From: Asterias rubens
Taxonomy: Eukaryota
NCBI RefSeq assembly: GCF_902459465.1
Contig: NC_047072.1
Coordinates: forward strand, 6,014,001 to 6,078,000
Length of the DNA stretch: 64,000 nucleotides
Direction of reading: 5' to 3'
Each line of letters starts with the position of its first letter. The stretch's first letter is position 1. Below are positions 33,088 through 45,600 of this stretch, in pieces. The translations under genes were made by a program, and so were the position numbers. Under the pieces are notes generated by a model. The model was not told the DNA's origin, did not search any database, and was given only the letters and a program-made list of their open reading frames with translations.

Positions 33088-34704
33088 ATAATGAAGTCAT
33101 GGTGGTAAAATGTGAGCCTGGACGCTGCATAAACATTTAAAAATAATTATTCATTAATTTATTTTCATAAAGTGAATAATTAACTAAAAACGTTTATGTA
33201 ACGCTAGATTTCTGCAAACTACTTTGCACACCATGACTAGAACTCTTTTCCCAAAATACGACATTGCCAAATTTCGGAGCCAGTCTTGAATATTACAACA
33301 AAACCAATGCTGTTGCTGGAAACAGCCCCGGGGCCATGAATGTCAAGTGGCTCCCTAACTAAGCTAAAGACATGTAAAAGAAATCATAAGACAAGTGTTA
33401 CTATTTGACCATACCAATATTTGATTAGGAAAAGTCTCCTGAACTGTGACTAGGGATTCTGTTACTGTACCTGAATTTCGTAAAGTCCTACAGAACCATT
33501 TTCTCTATTTTAAGTGATTTTTCTTGGGCTATGATTCGGTACTGAGGTTCAGTTGTGCATAATAAAGTAGGACAAATATTGACAATTTAGATGAGCATCA
33601 AATGTTTTACTAGATTGAAGTGGATCTTTTGATGTGAAAAAACATATTATTCGTTATTATTCAAGATTTATGTTTTGAAATAAACAGCTAGAAAGAATAT
33701 AAAATTTGTCTGTTACCTCACCTTTTATATATTTGCGTTTTTCGACCCACAAGTTCAAACAACCTGAAAGTTTCACAACCTGAAAATGAAAAGGTTAAAA
33801 CATTAGATTCTGAAAAGATGTTGGTATATATTGTGGACACAAAAGCAAATTAAGTCTCAAGTATTTGATAATAAAAGCATTCTTGACAGAACTGAATTTT
33901 GAAAAAAAAGTTTGTATAATTTGTTTGTATAGATTCAGTGTCTCAATGAGGATTCTTGTTATTGTTAAAATAATTTGCGATAAAGCTTTATACATTTTCT
34001 TTGAAACGAAATTGTAAATTGAATTAAATTAAATTTAAAAATTAGCGGCCTCCTCCATTTCCCCATACAGCCGTCCTTCCTCACCATTGTCAGAAATGTG
34101 TTTTGGAATAAAACTTCTAAAGGTTATTGGTCAGTTCTGAAAATATTGAAAACTTAATTGTGTTTTGTTTTTTTGTGACTGGAGAGGGCATATTGAATGA
34201 TAAGTATCAGCCTTCTGAGATTGTTGCTAAGTAAGATGAACTAAACATGTGCTTTTGTGAGGTTTTCCATGTCTTTCAAACACCTTACAATAATACGATT
34301 AATTAAGCCTAAACATTAAAATCCACTCTCTAAAAAAATAATCTATCTAAAAATAGTCCATGTTTTCCATCTCTTTCAAACAACAAACAATAATATGATA
34401 AATTAAGCCTAACATTTAAGACCACTATCTAAAAAGAATCGCCTGCCTTGTAGCTATAATGGGAAACTCGGTATTAATAGGTAATTCTAGGCCTAATTTG
34501 ACTGTTTTGCATTATTCTGAACAAGTATACTAAGTAATCCTATTCTAAAAACATTTGTTTAAAGGTATTTAGATAATTTATTTGTTTTGGAAATAATCCC
34601 ATTATTAGGCCTAAAATAAACAAAATTAATGCTATCACTATCATATATTAATTACAGGAAAACAATTTTTGGTGTTAAAACCAGTCGTGGGGAAATAATC
34701 TTAT

Positions 34705-34974
34705 NNNNNNNNNNNNNNNNNNNNNNNNNNNNNNNNNNNNNNNNNNNNNNNNNNNNNNNNNNNNNNNNNNNNNNNNNNNNNNNNNNNNNNNNNNNNNNNN
34801 NNNNNNNNNNNNNNNNNNNNNNNNNNNNNNNNNNNNNNNNNNNNNNNNNNNNNNNNNNNNNNNNNNNNNNNNNNNNNNNNNNNNNNNNNNNNNNNNNNNN
34901 NNNNNNNNNNNNNNNNNNNNNNNNNNNNNNNNNNNNNNNNNNNNNNNNNNNNNNNNNNNNNNNNNNNNNNNNNN
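34705..34974. other. Assembly gap (270 N)
   Basis: Run of N. Confidence 1.
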
Positions 34975-35224
34975 ATCCACCCTGCTGGGTGTTCAAGGCG
35001 CAGTAAAGCCAAAAACAAAACAAAAAACAAAACACAACACAAAGAAAAACAGAAACAACAAAATTAGTCATTGAAAAACCTGTGACATAAGATAAGTTTT
35101 GAGAAGAGACTTGAATTTTGCGGTACAAACACAAGATCGAAGATTAAGTGGTAGAGAATTCCAGATGCGTGGCGCGGCTGAAGAAAAAGACCTTTGTTTG
35201 GGTGTCACATTCTGATTAAAATTG

Positions 35225-35960
35225 CATATTGGCCTACTTCAAGGAAGACATGGAATGGAATTAGGAAAAACAGTCATTAGGCCTAGGCCTACTTCAATTT
35301 CATTTAAACTATAATAATAGTATTTGACTTATCATCTATTGGAAACAAATCTTGTTTTATTTATTTTATTCATTTATTTCTTTATGATTTCAACTGTGAA
35401 TAAGAAATGTAGGCATACTTCAATGAAAAAGGCATAGCACTTTGAAAAAGAGTCACTATAAATAAGGAAACTCATAATACCTGGAACTGTTGGTTAGGCT
35501 TGTCATCTACTTCAATATTATACTAATTAGAAGAAATGTATTTTGGTGTTAGACTTATCATCTATACCATCTAGTTAGACCTTCATTTATTTCTCTTTTT
35601 TTGCAATTAGTGAATAACATTTAAATGTAGGCCTACTTCAAGGAAAAATGCCTGGCATTTTTAAAAGTAGTCGTTAGTCTACTTCAAAATCATATAAATT
35701 CGAAGAAAAGCATGATGGTGTCAAGCTTATCATCTGTTGGAAAAACATCTTATTTTAGGCCTTCATTTAATTCTTTAATTTTTTTTATTAACAGTTAAAT
35801 GTAGGCCTAGACATACTTCAAGGAAAGGGGCCTGACATTTCAGAGGGGGGGGGGGGGGTGGTCATTAAGCCTATTGCTTTAAATTCATGTTACCCAGAAA
35901 TATGGGTTAGACTTGTCATCTATTGAAAAATAATCTTATTTTAAGCCGTTATTTTCTTAA
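35225..35960. repeat. Degenerate tandem repeat, roughly 180-200-bp units
   Basis: Recurrent aggcctacttcaaggaaa...gacttatcatctattggaaa...atcttattt blocks, about 4 copies. Confidence 0.55.
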
Positions 35961-36088
35961 AATACAGATTGAAAGCTAATTACCATGTAGACCACCTGCA
36001 TAAATGTAGTAAGTGTAATCTTGAATCAATTAGAAGATTTGCTTTTAGAGGTAGGCCTAAATTTATAATACTTGTACTGGGCCTCAAA

Positions 36089-37190
36089 CAAGATATTCTT
36101 ATGCTAAACTAGGCTAAACTAAGATAGGCCTACAAGATGTTCTTATGCTAAACTAGGCCAAACTAAGATAGGCCTACAAGATATTCTTATGCTAAACTAG
36201 GCTAAACTAAGATAGGCCTACAAGATGTTCTTATGCTAAACTAGGCTAAACTACGATAGGCCTACAAGATGTTCTTATGCTAAACTAGGCTAAACTACGA
36301 TAGGCCTACAAGATGTTCTTATGCTAAACTAGGCTAACCTAAGATAGGCCTACAAGATATTCTTATGCTAAACTAGGCTAAGCTAAGATAGGCCTACAAG
36401 ATGTTCTTATGCTAAACTAGGCTAAACTAAGATAGGCCTACAAGATGTTCTTATGCTAAACTAGGCTAAACTAAGATAGGCCTACAAGATGTTCTTATGC
36501 TAAACTAGGCTAAACTAAGATAGGCCTACAAGATGTTCTTATGCTAAACTAGGCTAAACTACGATAGGCCTACAAGATGTTCTTATGCTAAACTAGGCTA
36601 AACTAAGATAGGCCTACAAGATGTTCTTATGCTAAACTAGGCTAAACTAAGATAGGCCTACAAGATGTTCTTATGCTAAACTAGGCTAAACTAAGATAGG
36701 CCTACAAGATGTTCTTATGCTAAACTAGGCTAAACTAAGATAGGCCTACAAGATGTTCTTATGCTAAACTAGGCTAAACTACGATAGGCCTACAAGATGT
36801 TCTTATGCTAAACTAGGCTAAACTAAGATAGGCCTACAAGATGTTCTTATGCTAAACTAGGCTAACCTAAGATAGGCCTACAAGATATTCTTATGCTAAA
36901 CTAGGCTAAGCTAAGATAGGCCTACAAGATGTTCTTATGCTAAACTAGGCTAAACTAAGATAGGCCTACAAGATGTTCTTATGCTAAACTAGGCTAAACT
37001 AAGATAGGCCTACAAGATGTTCTTATGCTAAACTAGGCTAAACTAAGATAGGCCTACAAGATGTTCTTATGCTAAACTAGGCTAAACTAAGATAGGCCTA
37101 CAAGATGTTCTTATGCTAAACTAGGCTAAACTAACATAGGCCTCCAAGATATTCATATGCTAAACTAGGCTAAACTAAGATAGGCCTACA
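36089..37190. repeat. 44-bp minisatellite, about 25 copies
   Basis: Unit caagatgttcttatgctaaactaggctaaactaagataggccta; no spacers. Confidence 0.95.
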
Positions 37191-37779
37191 TTGATGTTAC
37201 AGGCCTGCATCAATTCGAGTCTTGAATAGAATTAGTTTGCTGCAGAAACAATGGGAATAATGTGGTACTAAAGAAAAAGGAAAAACAATATAATTACCTA
37301 TGAGTGTAATGGTGATTCTTCATCATATCCTCAGCGTCTTGGTGGTAGAACTGGTTTATTTGTTTTTATTTCCAACATTTTGTTAATTTTGTTTTAAAAT
37401 CCAACACTTTCAGTTTAATTTTGATTTGAAAATCTCTTCAATTACAATAATAGACAAAATTGACAAAATAATAGACAAAATTGACAAATCAAAGAACTTC
37501 ATGGACACCAAACTCCTTTTGCCCTCACCAAACATTAAAAAAGTTTGTTGTGTCTATAGAGGGCGCTATTCAAGGAGGGCGCTATTCAAGGAGGCCTATA
37601 GGCCTTAAAATAGAAAATTATTATGGGATGCCTTCTAAATACATGAGTCCATAAGCTCTGATACATATAGGCCTAGTACAGATGGGTCCATATGCCTTAA
37701 AATACATAAAGATGGGTCAAATTAATTATCTTAAGATGCGCCTCTTAAGATGAATAATTTGACACATCAACCCTAATGC

Positions 37780-39260
37780 AGATATGAGGATTAAGAATTC
37801 CTCATCAGATGAGCCAATAATAGGCAGGAAGAGATCATCATAATGATACAAGGATCAAAACCTACAACTCAAGATTTCTCAGAGCCCTAAACATGAACAC
37901 AACACAAATGAGATTTTATTTCTATGACCCTACTTAAATATACCTCAAAGTTTGCTAATAACAAGACGACAGCTCCATCTAATAGGAGGAGAATATTTGG
38001 ACTGACCAATTCTGGGGATTAAGGATTCCTCAGATGAGCCAATATGTGTAAGAAGAGATCAGATACACTTGATACAGAGATTAAATGCTACACTTCTCAA
38101 CAAAAATAATTTCTCAGAACACTAACCCAAGTGAGATTATATTTATATGACCCTACTTTAGGAGGGGATTATTTGTATTGACCAGTTCTGGATATTAAGG
38201 ATTCCTCAGATGAGCCAATAATTTATAGGCAGGAAGAGATCAGATAGGCTACACTTGATACAAAGATTAAATCCTACACTACCCATAAAACATAATTTCT
38301 CAGAACCCTAACCCAAGTGAGATTATATTTGACCTGTTTACCTGATGGCGACCACAAAGTTTTTAAATATTAACGAGTCTATTAATTAAGAGGATATTGT
38401 TTGTATTGACCAATTATGAGGATTGAGGATTCCTCAGATCGTCCAATATGGGCAGGAAGAGATAAGATTACAGCTCATCAATTATAATTTCTCAGAGCCC
38501 TAACACAAGTGAAACTATATTTATGACCCTACTTCAATTTACCCCAAACAGCTCCAACTATTAAGAGAAGATTTATATTGACAAATTCTGAGGAATAAGG
38601 ACTCTTCAGATGAGCCAGTAGAAGGAGATCAGACACACAAGGTACAAAGAAAAACATGTAACTCATCAACCATGAATTATGTGAACCCTAAAGATTAAAA
38701 CCTACCACTCATGAACCAATGATGTCTCAAAACCCTAACACAAGAGAGATATCTCCATGACCTTACTATTTTTGTAAACAAATCTTTTAGGGAGAATACA
38801 CACATTTTACAAACTACAACAGCTGTAATTAAAATTTGATATTATTTGTATTGACCAATTTCGAGGATTAAAGAATTCCTCACATGATCGAGTCAATGGT
38901 CAGATAAGATCAGCATACACATGCTACAAAGATTAAAAGCCTATACACTAACCATGGTTTAAAAACATTCAAGTCATCAACCATGAATTCTCAAGACCCT
39001 AACACAAAAGCAAGACAAGGTTTTCAAAAGAACCTAACTTCCTACCCAGTAGATATACACGTCCTACGTGTTACCGAAAACCAAATAATATTCAATTTAG
39101 TTGTTGTTGTGTTACTCAATACAGGAGCCTTTACCTGCTGTTAGTAAACACATCTTCTAAGGAGACCACAAATTTTAACATGACAGCAGCTTCACTATAT
39201 TAGTGGAGAGGATTAATGTATTACCAATATTATTATGAGGATTAAGAATTCCTCAATAAG
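37780..39260. repeat. Old degenerate tandem array, ~200-230-bp units, about 6-7 copies
   Basis: Recurrent gaggattaagaattcctcagatgagccaata...aagagatcaga...ttctcagagccctaac...tatgaccctactt. Confidence 0.65.
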
Positions 39261-41842
39261 GCCATCAGAAAAAAAGAGACAAGACAAAGTACACATCTTA
39301 CAGTGAGTGTTGCCACAACACATTCACTTGTCCTCATTGAGGGACTGGCATACAGCCAATAGATAACCAATCCTCAATTATGCCAAAAGAAAACAACACA
39401 CAGAAAAGTAATAATCTTTCGATGTAAGTGTACATCTCTAAGATTTTAAAACTCATGCATACTTCCATCCACTCAAATATTTGCACTTCGTCTATCATTC
39501 CTATAAAAAAAAACCTTTAAGGTTGAAACTAAATTTTATATTAAATTGTTTAAAAACAATTATGATACTGAAGGTTTTTACCCTTAATTTCAAACCTATT
39601 AATTTTGTTATTAGTTGTTAAGCAGTTTATAATGTCTGTTGTTTATTTTGGTTCTGTAATGTTTGATGTTATGTTGTTGTTGATGTTTGTTTTGTATTTG
39701 CACCATTTCATTGTCCATTGCTCATGAACAGAAATGTACGTACTACTCTTCAAAGTCTTTGAACAGCTGTGAATTTGTTCATTTTCCGAAGAGTTTGCTT
39801 CCTCTGCGAATACAAGCTTAAAATTATTTAAAACTGCCAAGTCTGTTTTTAATGTCAGTTTAATTCAGTTTAGTTCAGTTTATTTCCACTCAATCAGTGG
39901 AATTGAGGAGAATGTGGATTAACTCAACCTTGTTGTCGAAGAGATGATTGACGCATTCTTGGGTCATGACCTCTATTTGTCAACTCCGGAATAAGCCAGG
40001 TGTTTCACACAATAGTTCATGTTATACAATTTCCATTGTGTAGTGAGCCTCTACCGCTGCATTCAAGTTCTGTTTTATAATTGTATTAACTTAAGCCAAT
40101 TACATGTCTAGACCACAAATACCTTCATAACACTGACACAGATTGAACAATTTAAAAATTCACAATTTGTTACATGTTTTAGTTGGCTAGAGCTAGACAG
40201 ACCCTAAGGTCAGGAATGTTTTGTGCTGAGTTACAACAGCACAGACACACTCATTTTACATGATAGTAACGGTAAAATTCTCAGTAGTAATGTTCCCGTG
40301 GCATTTACTAATAATAATTAGCATACATACCCCAAACTCCTCCGGTTTCTCTCGGGCTTTTTTGTAATTCACTTGCAGTTACAACGCTTTGAAAACTCAC
40401 CAAAATTCTCCGCTGTGTTCATTTTATGAGCCTTCAACGCCAATAGCATTTCATGGTGAACTTGGTCCCGTGAGAAAATTACTGCCTCCAGTGCAAATTT
40501 TCCCGGAAATACTATCCTCCGCCGACATTAAAAAGACGCTAGTTCCAGCAGCAAACGTTTCCGGTCAATGTATGAGGATAAAAACGACACATAACGTGAG
40601 AAAAGGAAAATTCATTTGAACAAATTCTCACATAATTTTAATAAAGTCAGTTCTGCATTAAAATATCACTGCTACTGAAAAAAGCGCAACAGATTTGGAG
40701 TCACTTTTGCGTTTTTCTTCGGGGCGCCGGCGGTTCACTCTAAATTATATCCTTGCGCGTCACTTAAAATTTCATTTTTTGTCCAACAAACTTCTATTAT
40801 TCTAGTAAAATATTCTCAATAAAAAAATGGCTCAAGGAGGATACATTCTTGTTTGTTTGTTTTGTTTTTTATTTTGAAATCTGAAACAAATTAAAATTGA
40901 CCTATTTTCCCTTGATGCGAAGGGATACTAACCCCTTCACAACCCACGATGAGTGGAGAATGCCGTCTGCTACAATTTTAGGGGAACCATTTTAAGGCTC
41001 GCTATTGGTCAACAGTGTGACAAACCTGCTATCTGATTGGCTAATTAAGAATGCGTTATGCAAATATCCTCACGATGGTCACATGCTGAGCTATTAATAA
41101 CCGTATCAAAAACAATTGTAAGCGTTGCTCTTGACTGGTTTACTGCTTATTTTGAAGTTAGTAGCAAGTAAGTCGTTTGGTAACCAGTGTTGTGGACTAA
41201 TATTGAGTATGACTATGATAACCAAGTAAAGTGTTTTTTCCATCATTAGGCTCTACTAGTTTGTGTGGGAGGCCTCCTGGAAACTGGTTGCGAGTCGGGG
41301 TGTTTTTTCCTAGAGTTCAGTAGGCCCAGGCCGACGTGACCTACCAAAAGTTTACGGTGCCAAAAATAACGCCCTCTGTTGACAATGTCAATGTCCTCTA
41401 TGCGGAAATAGGAGTGAAAACTTATTGCCAATTAATTTCATAGGCGTGGCAAAGAAACCCAAATAGTCTTCTCTGCCTGGTAGGACGTCACCCAAACGCC
41501 AACTTTCCACTAAAGCCTATCCTCAGAACATCATCCCTTGGAGTGCGTGAGTACAAGTCATAATTATTGATAAAAAAATTTAACTTTGTGCACTCAACCA
41601 CTTAACATACATTCTCTGTGCGCTCAAAGTTCAGCTTTGTGTTTTGTATTACATTTACAAAGTGCACCAACAACCTGAGTCGGAAGACTTGAAAGCTGAA
41701 GCACATTGAGGAAGGGCATCTTATGGATGGATCATGAGATTAGAGAGAACTATACAAGATAATTTCATATAGGAATTGTTAATTGATAAGTTGATACTTG
41801 TTCATCTGCATCATCCTCGCAGCTGTGCGTGTCATGTTTTCG

Positions 41843-41920
41843 AGTAGCCCCACTTGTGTGGTCAAGGCTAGCTGAATCCTTAAGGATTCAGCTAGCCTTT
41901 TGGCCAAACAAGTGGGGCTA
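41843..41920. mobile_element. Palindromic MITE
   Basis: agccccacttgtgtggtcaaggctagctgaatcc-ttaa-ggattcagctagccttttggccaaacaagtggggct. Confidence 0.7.
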
Positions 41921-41964
41921 GTTTTTGAGGTACTACATGTAGGCCTATGCCCTTTTCTGAAAAC

Positions 41965-42322
41965 CAATAAAACATCAAGCACAACTACTCCATTGGTGAC
42001 AGTATAATTCAGACAGTAAGTGAAGAAAGAGATCTTGGGGTAATCATCCATCAGTCACTAAATGCAAGTACCCACTGTGCGAAGGCAGTCAAAAGCGCAT
42101 ACAGAGTCCTAGGCCTAATCAACAGAACCATTACGAACAAAGACAAAACAACAATCATCAGACTATACATAGAACTGGTTAGACCACACCTAGATTACTG
42201 TGTACAGGCGTGGAGGCCTCATCTTCAAAGGGACATTGACCTAATAGAAAGAGTGCAAAAGAGAGCATTGCGAATGATTGGAGGTCTATCTCACCTAGAC
42301 TACGTTCACAGACTCACAGTTC
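41965..42322 (+). mobile_element. CR1-clade LINE ORF2 3' fragment
   Basis: Translates EERDLGVIIHQSL...LYIELVRPHLDYCVQAWRPHLQRDIDLIERVQKRALRMI, a typical CR1 post-RT region. Confidence 0.85.
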
Positions 42323-42688
42323 CAAACAATGCATGTGTTGATCTATTGTTTTAGAACATTTCTTTGATTTTTTTCTCTCAAAATTAGGTTTGTCAAACAA
42401 TGACTTTGTAATGGTTAGAACTACTAACTACACCCATCAGTGAAGATGTTTCATCTGTTGGACTATTGGGTGAATGAGCCTGGCTAAAGCACTAATTGGT
42501 CCTTGAATTGAAGGTAAGAGACTGCATCATAATATAACTGACCAGTATTTCATGAACTTTGACATAATCAAAATTAGATTACTGTTTTGATCCATATAAG
42601 AATGATAAACATTAAAACAATCTGTCATCTGAGCATGGAGGTAGATCTGAGTAAATGTCTTTCTTTAAATCCTAAGATTGTGTCAGAT

Positions 42689-45600
42689 ATGGCTGACCAG
42701 AGTGGGGAGACCATGGAAGAGGAGGAGATGGCCAGACAATCTCAAGAACCAGAACAAAGATCGAGAGCTGTTGTTGAAAACATTCAACCGTTGCCAGAAA
42801 CAAGAGACTTAGTGAGAGCAGAAAACACACAAATGCTTCAAGGTATAAACTTAAGGTATAAAGGTATAAACTGTGATTAGTATCAATCTGTACGCAGGAT
42901 TTGAAAATGAATATGTGACGATGAGTTGGGATAAAATATATGTCTAAACCAATGTAATTATTTCTTTGATTTGATTTCTTGTGTTATTCCGCACACTTAC
43001 TTAAGAATACACCTATAACCCTAGAGAAGGGTTACAACAATATTTTTAAAACTAATACAAACAAAGAGTTAGTAAAGAGCATTCTTTGTTTTAACCTAAT
43101 TATTTGTAGTATGAATTTCCTTTAACAAAATTATAAACGAAAAATTAAAAAGCAAATCTATGCAAAAGTACTCGGCTATATGTGGCACAAAACCTTTTTC
43201 CGAGGGTCAAGAGCATTAGAAAAATAATTTTCTTGCATTTAGGCCTATGTTTGTAATTCTTAAATTCAACAGTATCATGCAGTTTTTCTAAAAGAATAAT
43301 ACTTTGGACAAGAACATACAAAATGCATCCATTTCTTTTTAGTGTGGACAGATATGTTGATGAATTCTAAACTAATTCTAGCCAGATAATTTCTGTATTG
43401 AATATTATTTATAGAAAGAAAAAATTAAATTAAACAGAAGAAAACAAGTTGGTTTTAATTCTTCACTTAACGTACATCCTTGGTTCATTTTTATTGACAG
43501 CGTATTTGTTTAGTTTGTAACTTGCCTTACATGTAGCTATCAAAAAATTCATTGCTGACTTGGCAACGATTATGACAATCATGTAAGTCGCCTTAAAATT
43601 CAACAAATTTTCAATTTCCATGTAATTTGTTTGTTAACAGTAGATTGTACGGCTATAATTGATATAAAAACAGACTGTAAAATAACCAGTAAACTATTGC
43701 ATTTTTTCTTCATTGCCAACAGCAGGAGGTGTGATGCAATCTACGTCTCTACACCACACAGTAGGCAGCGGTAATTTGGCTGTTAGCAATCCTAGCCACT
43801 GTACAATCAACTATGTACATCTGAAGCCAGGAGCAACAGGTAAGCCACAAACATTACCAACTTCTGTCAATTTTGTTTTAGAAGATTTGGGTACTTTTTG
43901 TAACACAAAAACCAATGTCCACAGATTGACTTACACGGTTTGAAGATACAGATAATAGGAAAGCCTACCTTAAAATAAATACTTGCTGAAGTTTTGTAGT
44001 TTTTTAGAATTGAATAAAACCATGTCACTAAGACAAAAATAATTTTCGCGATTTGTTTTGCTCATTTCTCAGAAACTACAGCGACTCAGCAAGTAATGTT
44101 TTAAGGAAGCTTTCTACCCTTTAAGTACCATGTTAAGAAAACTAACCTCGAGTCTCAAAAACATTTTTAAAACATCAATGAAAACTGGTTATAATTGAAA
44201 ACTGGTTATAATTGTGGATATGGTTTGTTTTGATTGTTTTGATTGTGTTAAATATCATATAGAGGACTTTGGTAGTTGGGACAGTTTTGTATAAAGTCAA
44301 TGAATATATTGTGATAAGTTTTGCAGTGACACCATCAAAAGTAATGTCTGTAAAATGAGTTAGTAATGAATCAAATTCTATATCTAGATTGGCATCTGTC
44401 ATGCCAAAATCAGTTAAGCTTCACAACAATTTTCTCCACCGTTTTCAATTTTAATTTGTTAGCCAAATTCTCTCTTTAACTTTGTCTTCCAGAGGATGTT
44501 TTACCTGCATTTGAGAATTTAACTGCCTCATCAAAACAGAAACAAGCTTCGGATTCAGCAGTGAAACCAACAGGTAATTTACTCAATCAGAAACATGTCA
44601 ATCTAAGATAGTCATGCCTAAAGGAACATAACAGAATTGTTTTTATAACAAAACTGTTGCTGGCAGTGTAAGCACTTTTTGTTATCCACCATGTACATAA
44701 ACTGACAAACCTGATGAAGTTTGAGATCCATCGACTATCTCGGTCGCGAGAAAAAAAAAGTGAAAACAACGATCACACAGTTTGCATGTTTTTTTTTTTT
44801 TTAAATGAATAGAACGCTCACTGTGCAATAAACACCAAATGGGGAAGTAGTTTTATTTATTTCTCTTCAAATATGACATTTCATATGGAATATTTCAAGG
44901 GATGTTTTCTACTATCATCATCTTTGACGATTTTTCCTTACCAATTCTGTAATGTTCCTTTAATAGTCTCAAAGATTTGACAAAGTCTGTTTTCATTTGA
45001 AATTCAACTTTGATATTATAAGCAAAACACATTATTTAAAGAATTTAATCTTCTCGGTTTAACCATGGGCATTTTCTTCCACCATTGGTTTGACTTATTA
45101 CTTGTAGCGTCTTTCAGAAAAAAAGAAAAAGTAATTTTGTCTGAAATAGCACCAATATTGAAAAGTTTCGCCAAGACAAACCAGAAATGTTCAAATATGA
45201 ATTGTAGAAGTATCATAAACAAAATTATGTTTCATTCTCAAGGAAAAAAACATATTGAAGGCTTATAGGATTTGAGGCATTGCATGGTGAGGTATCAATA
45301 TATATATTTGGTTTGTGTGTTTACTTGCAGGGTAGAGTTTGTTCTTAGAGAACTGTCTTTCATTATTCTACTACCGCGGAGTAGATGTTCGGGAGACTTC
45401 TCAGTTCTGAAAAGAACTCCTGCTTTTTAACTACTGGGGTGGGCAGAAAGTATAGAAAATTGGCTGGGACTACTACTTTAGCTTATAGAATCGTTAATAA
45501 CTGTACTACCACGGAGTCAGTTCTTGAATTGGTCTTAATTGTTCAACTAGCTTGCTCTAGAGTCATTGTCAGGAGACTGAAGGGATGTTATAATGTAACA

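Noticed and set aside
34629-35134. ORFs spanning N runs (also 51720-51993)
   Set aside because: They are artefacts of assembly gaps.
36089-37190. CRISPR-like array
   Set aside because: Units are contiguous with no unique spacers, there are no cas genes and the context is eukaryotic.
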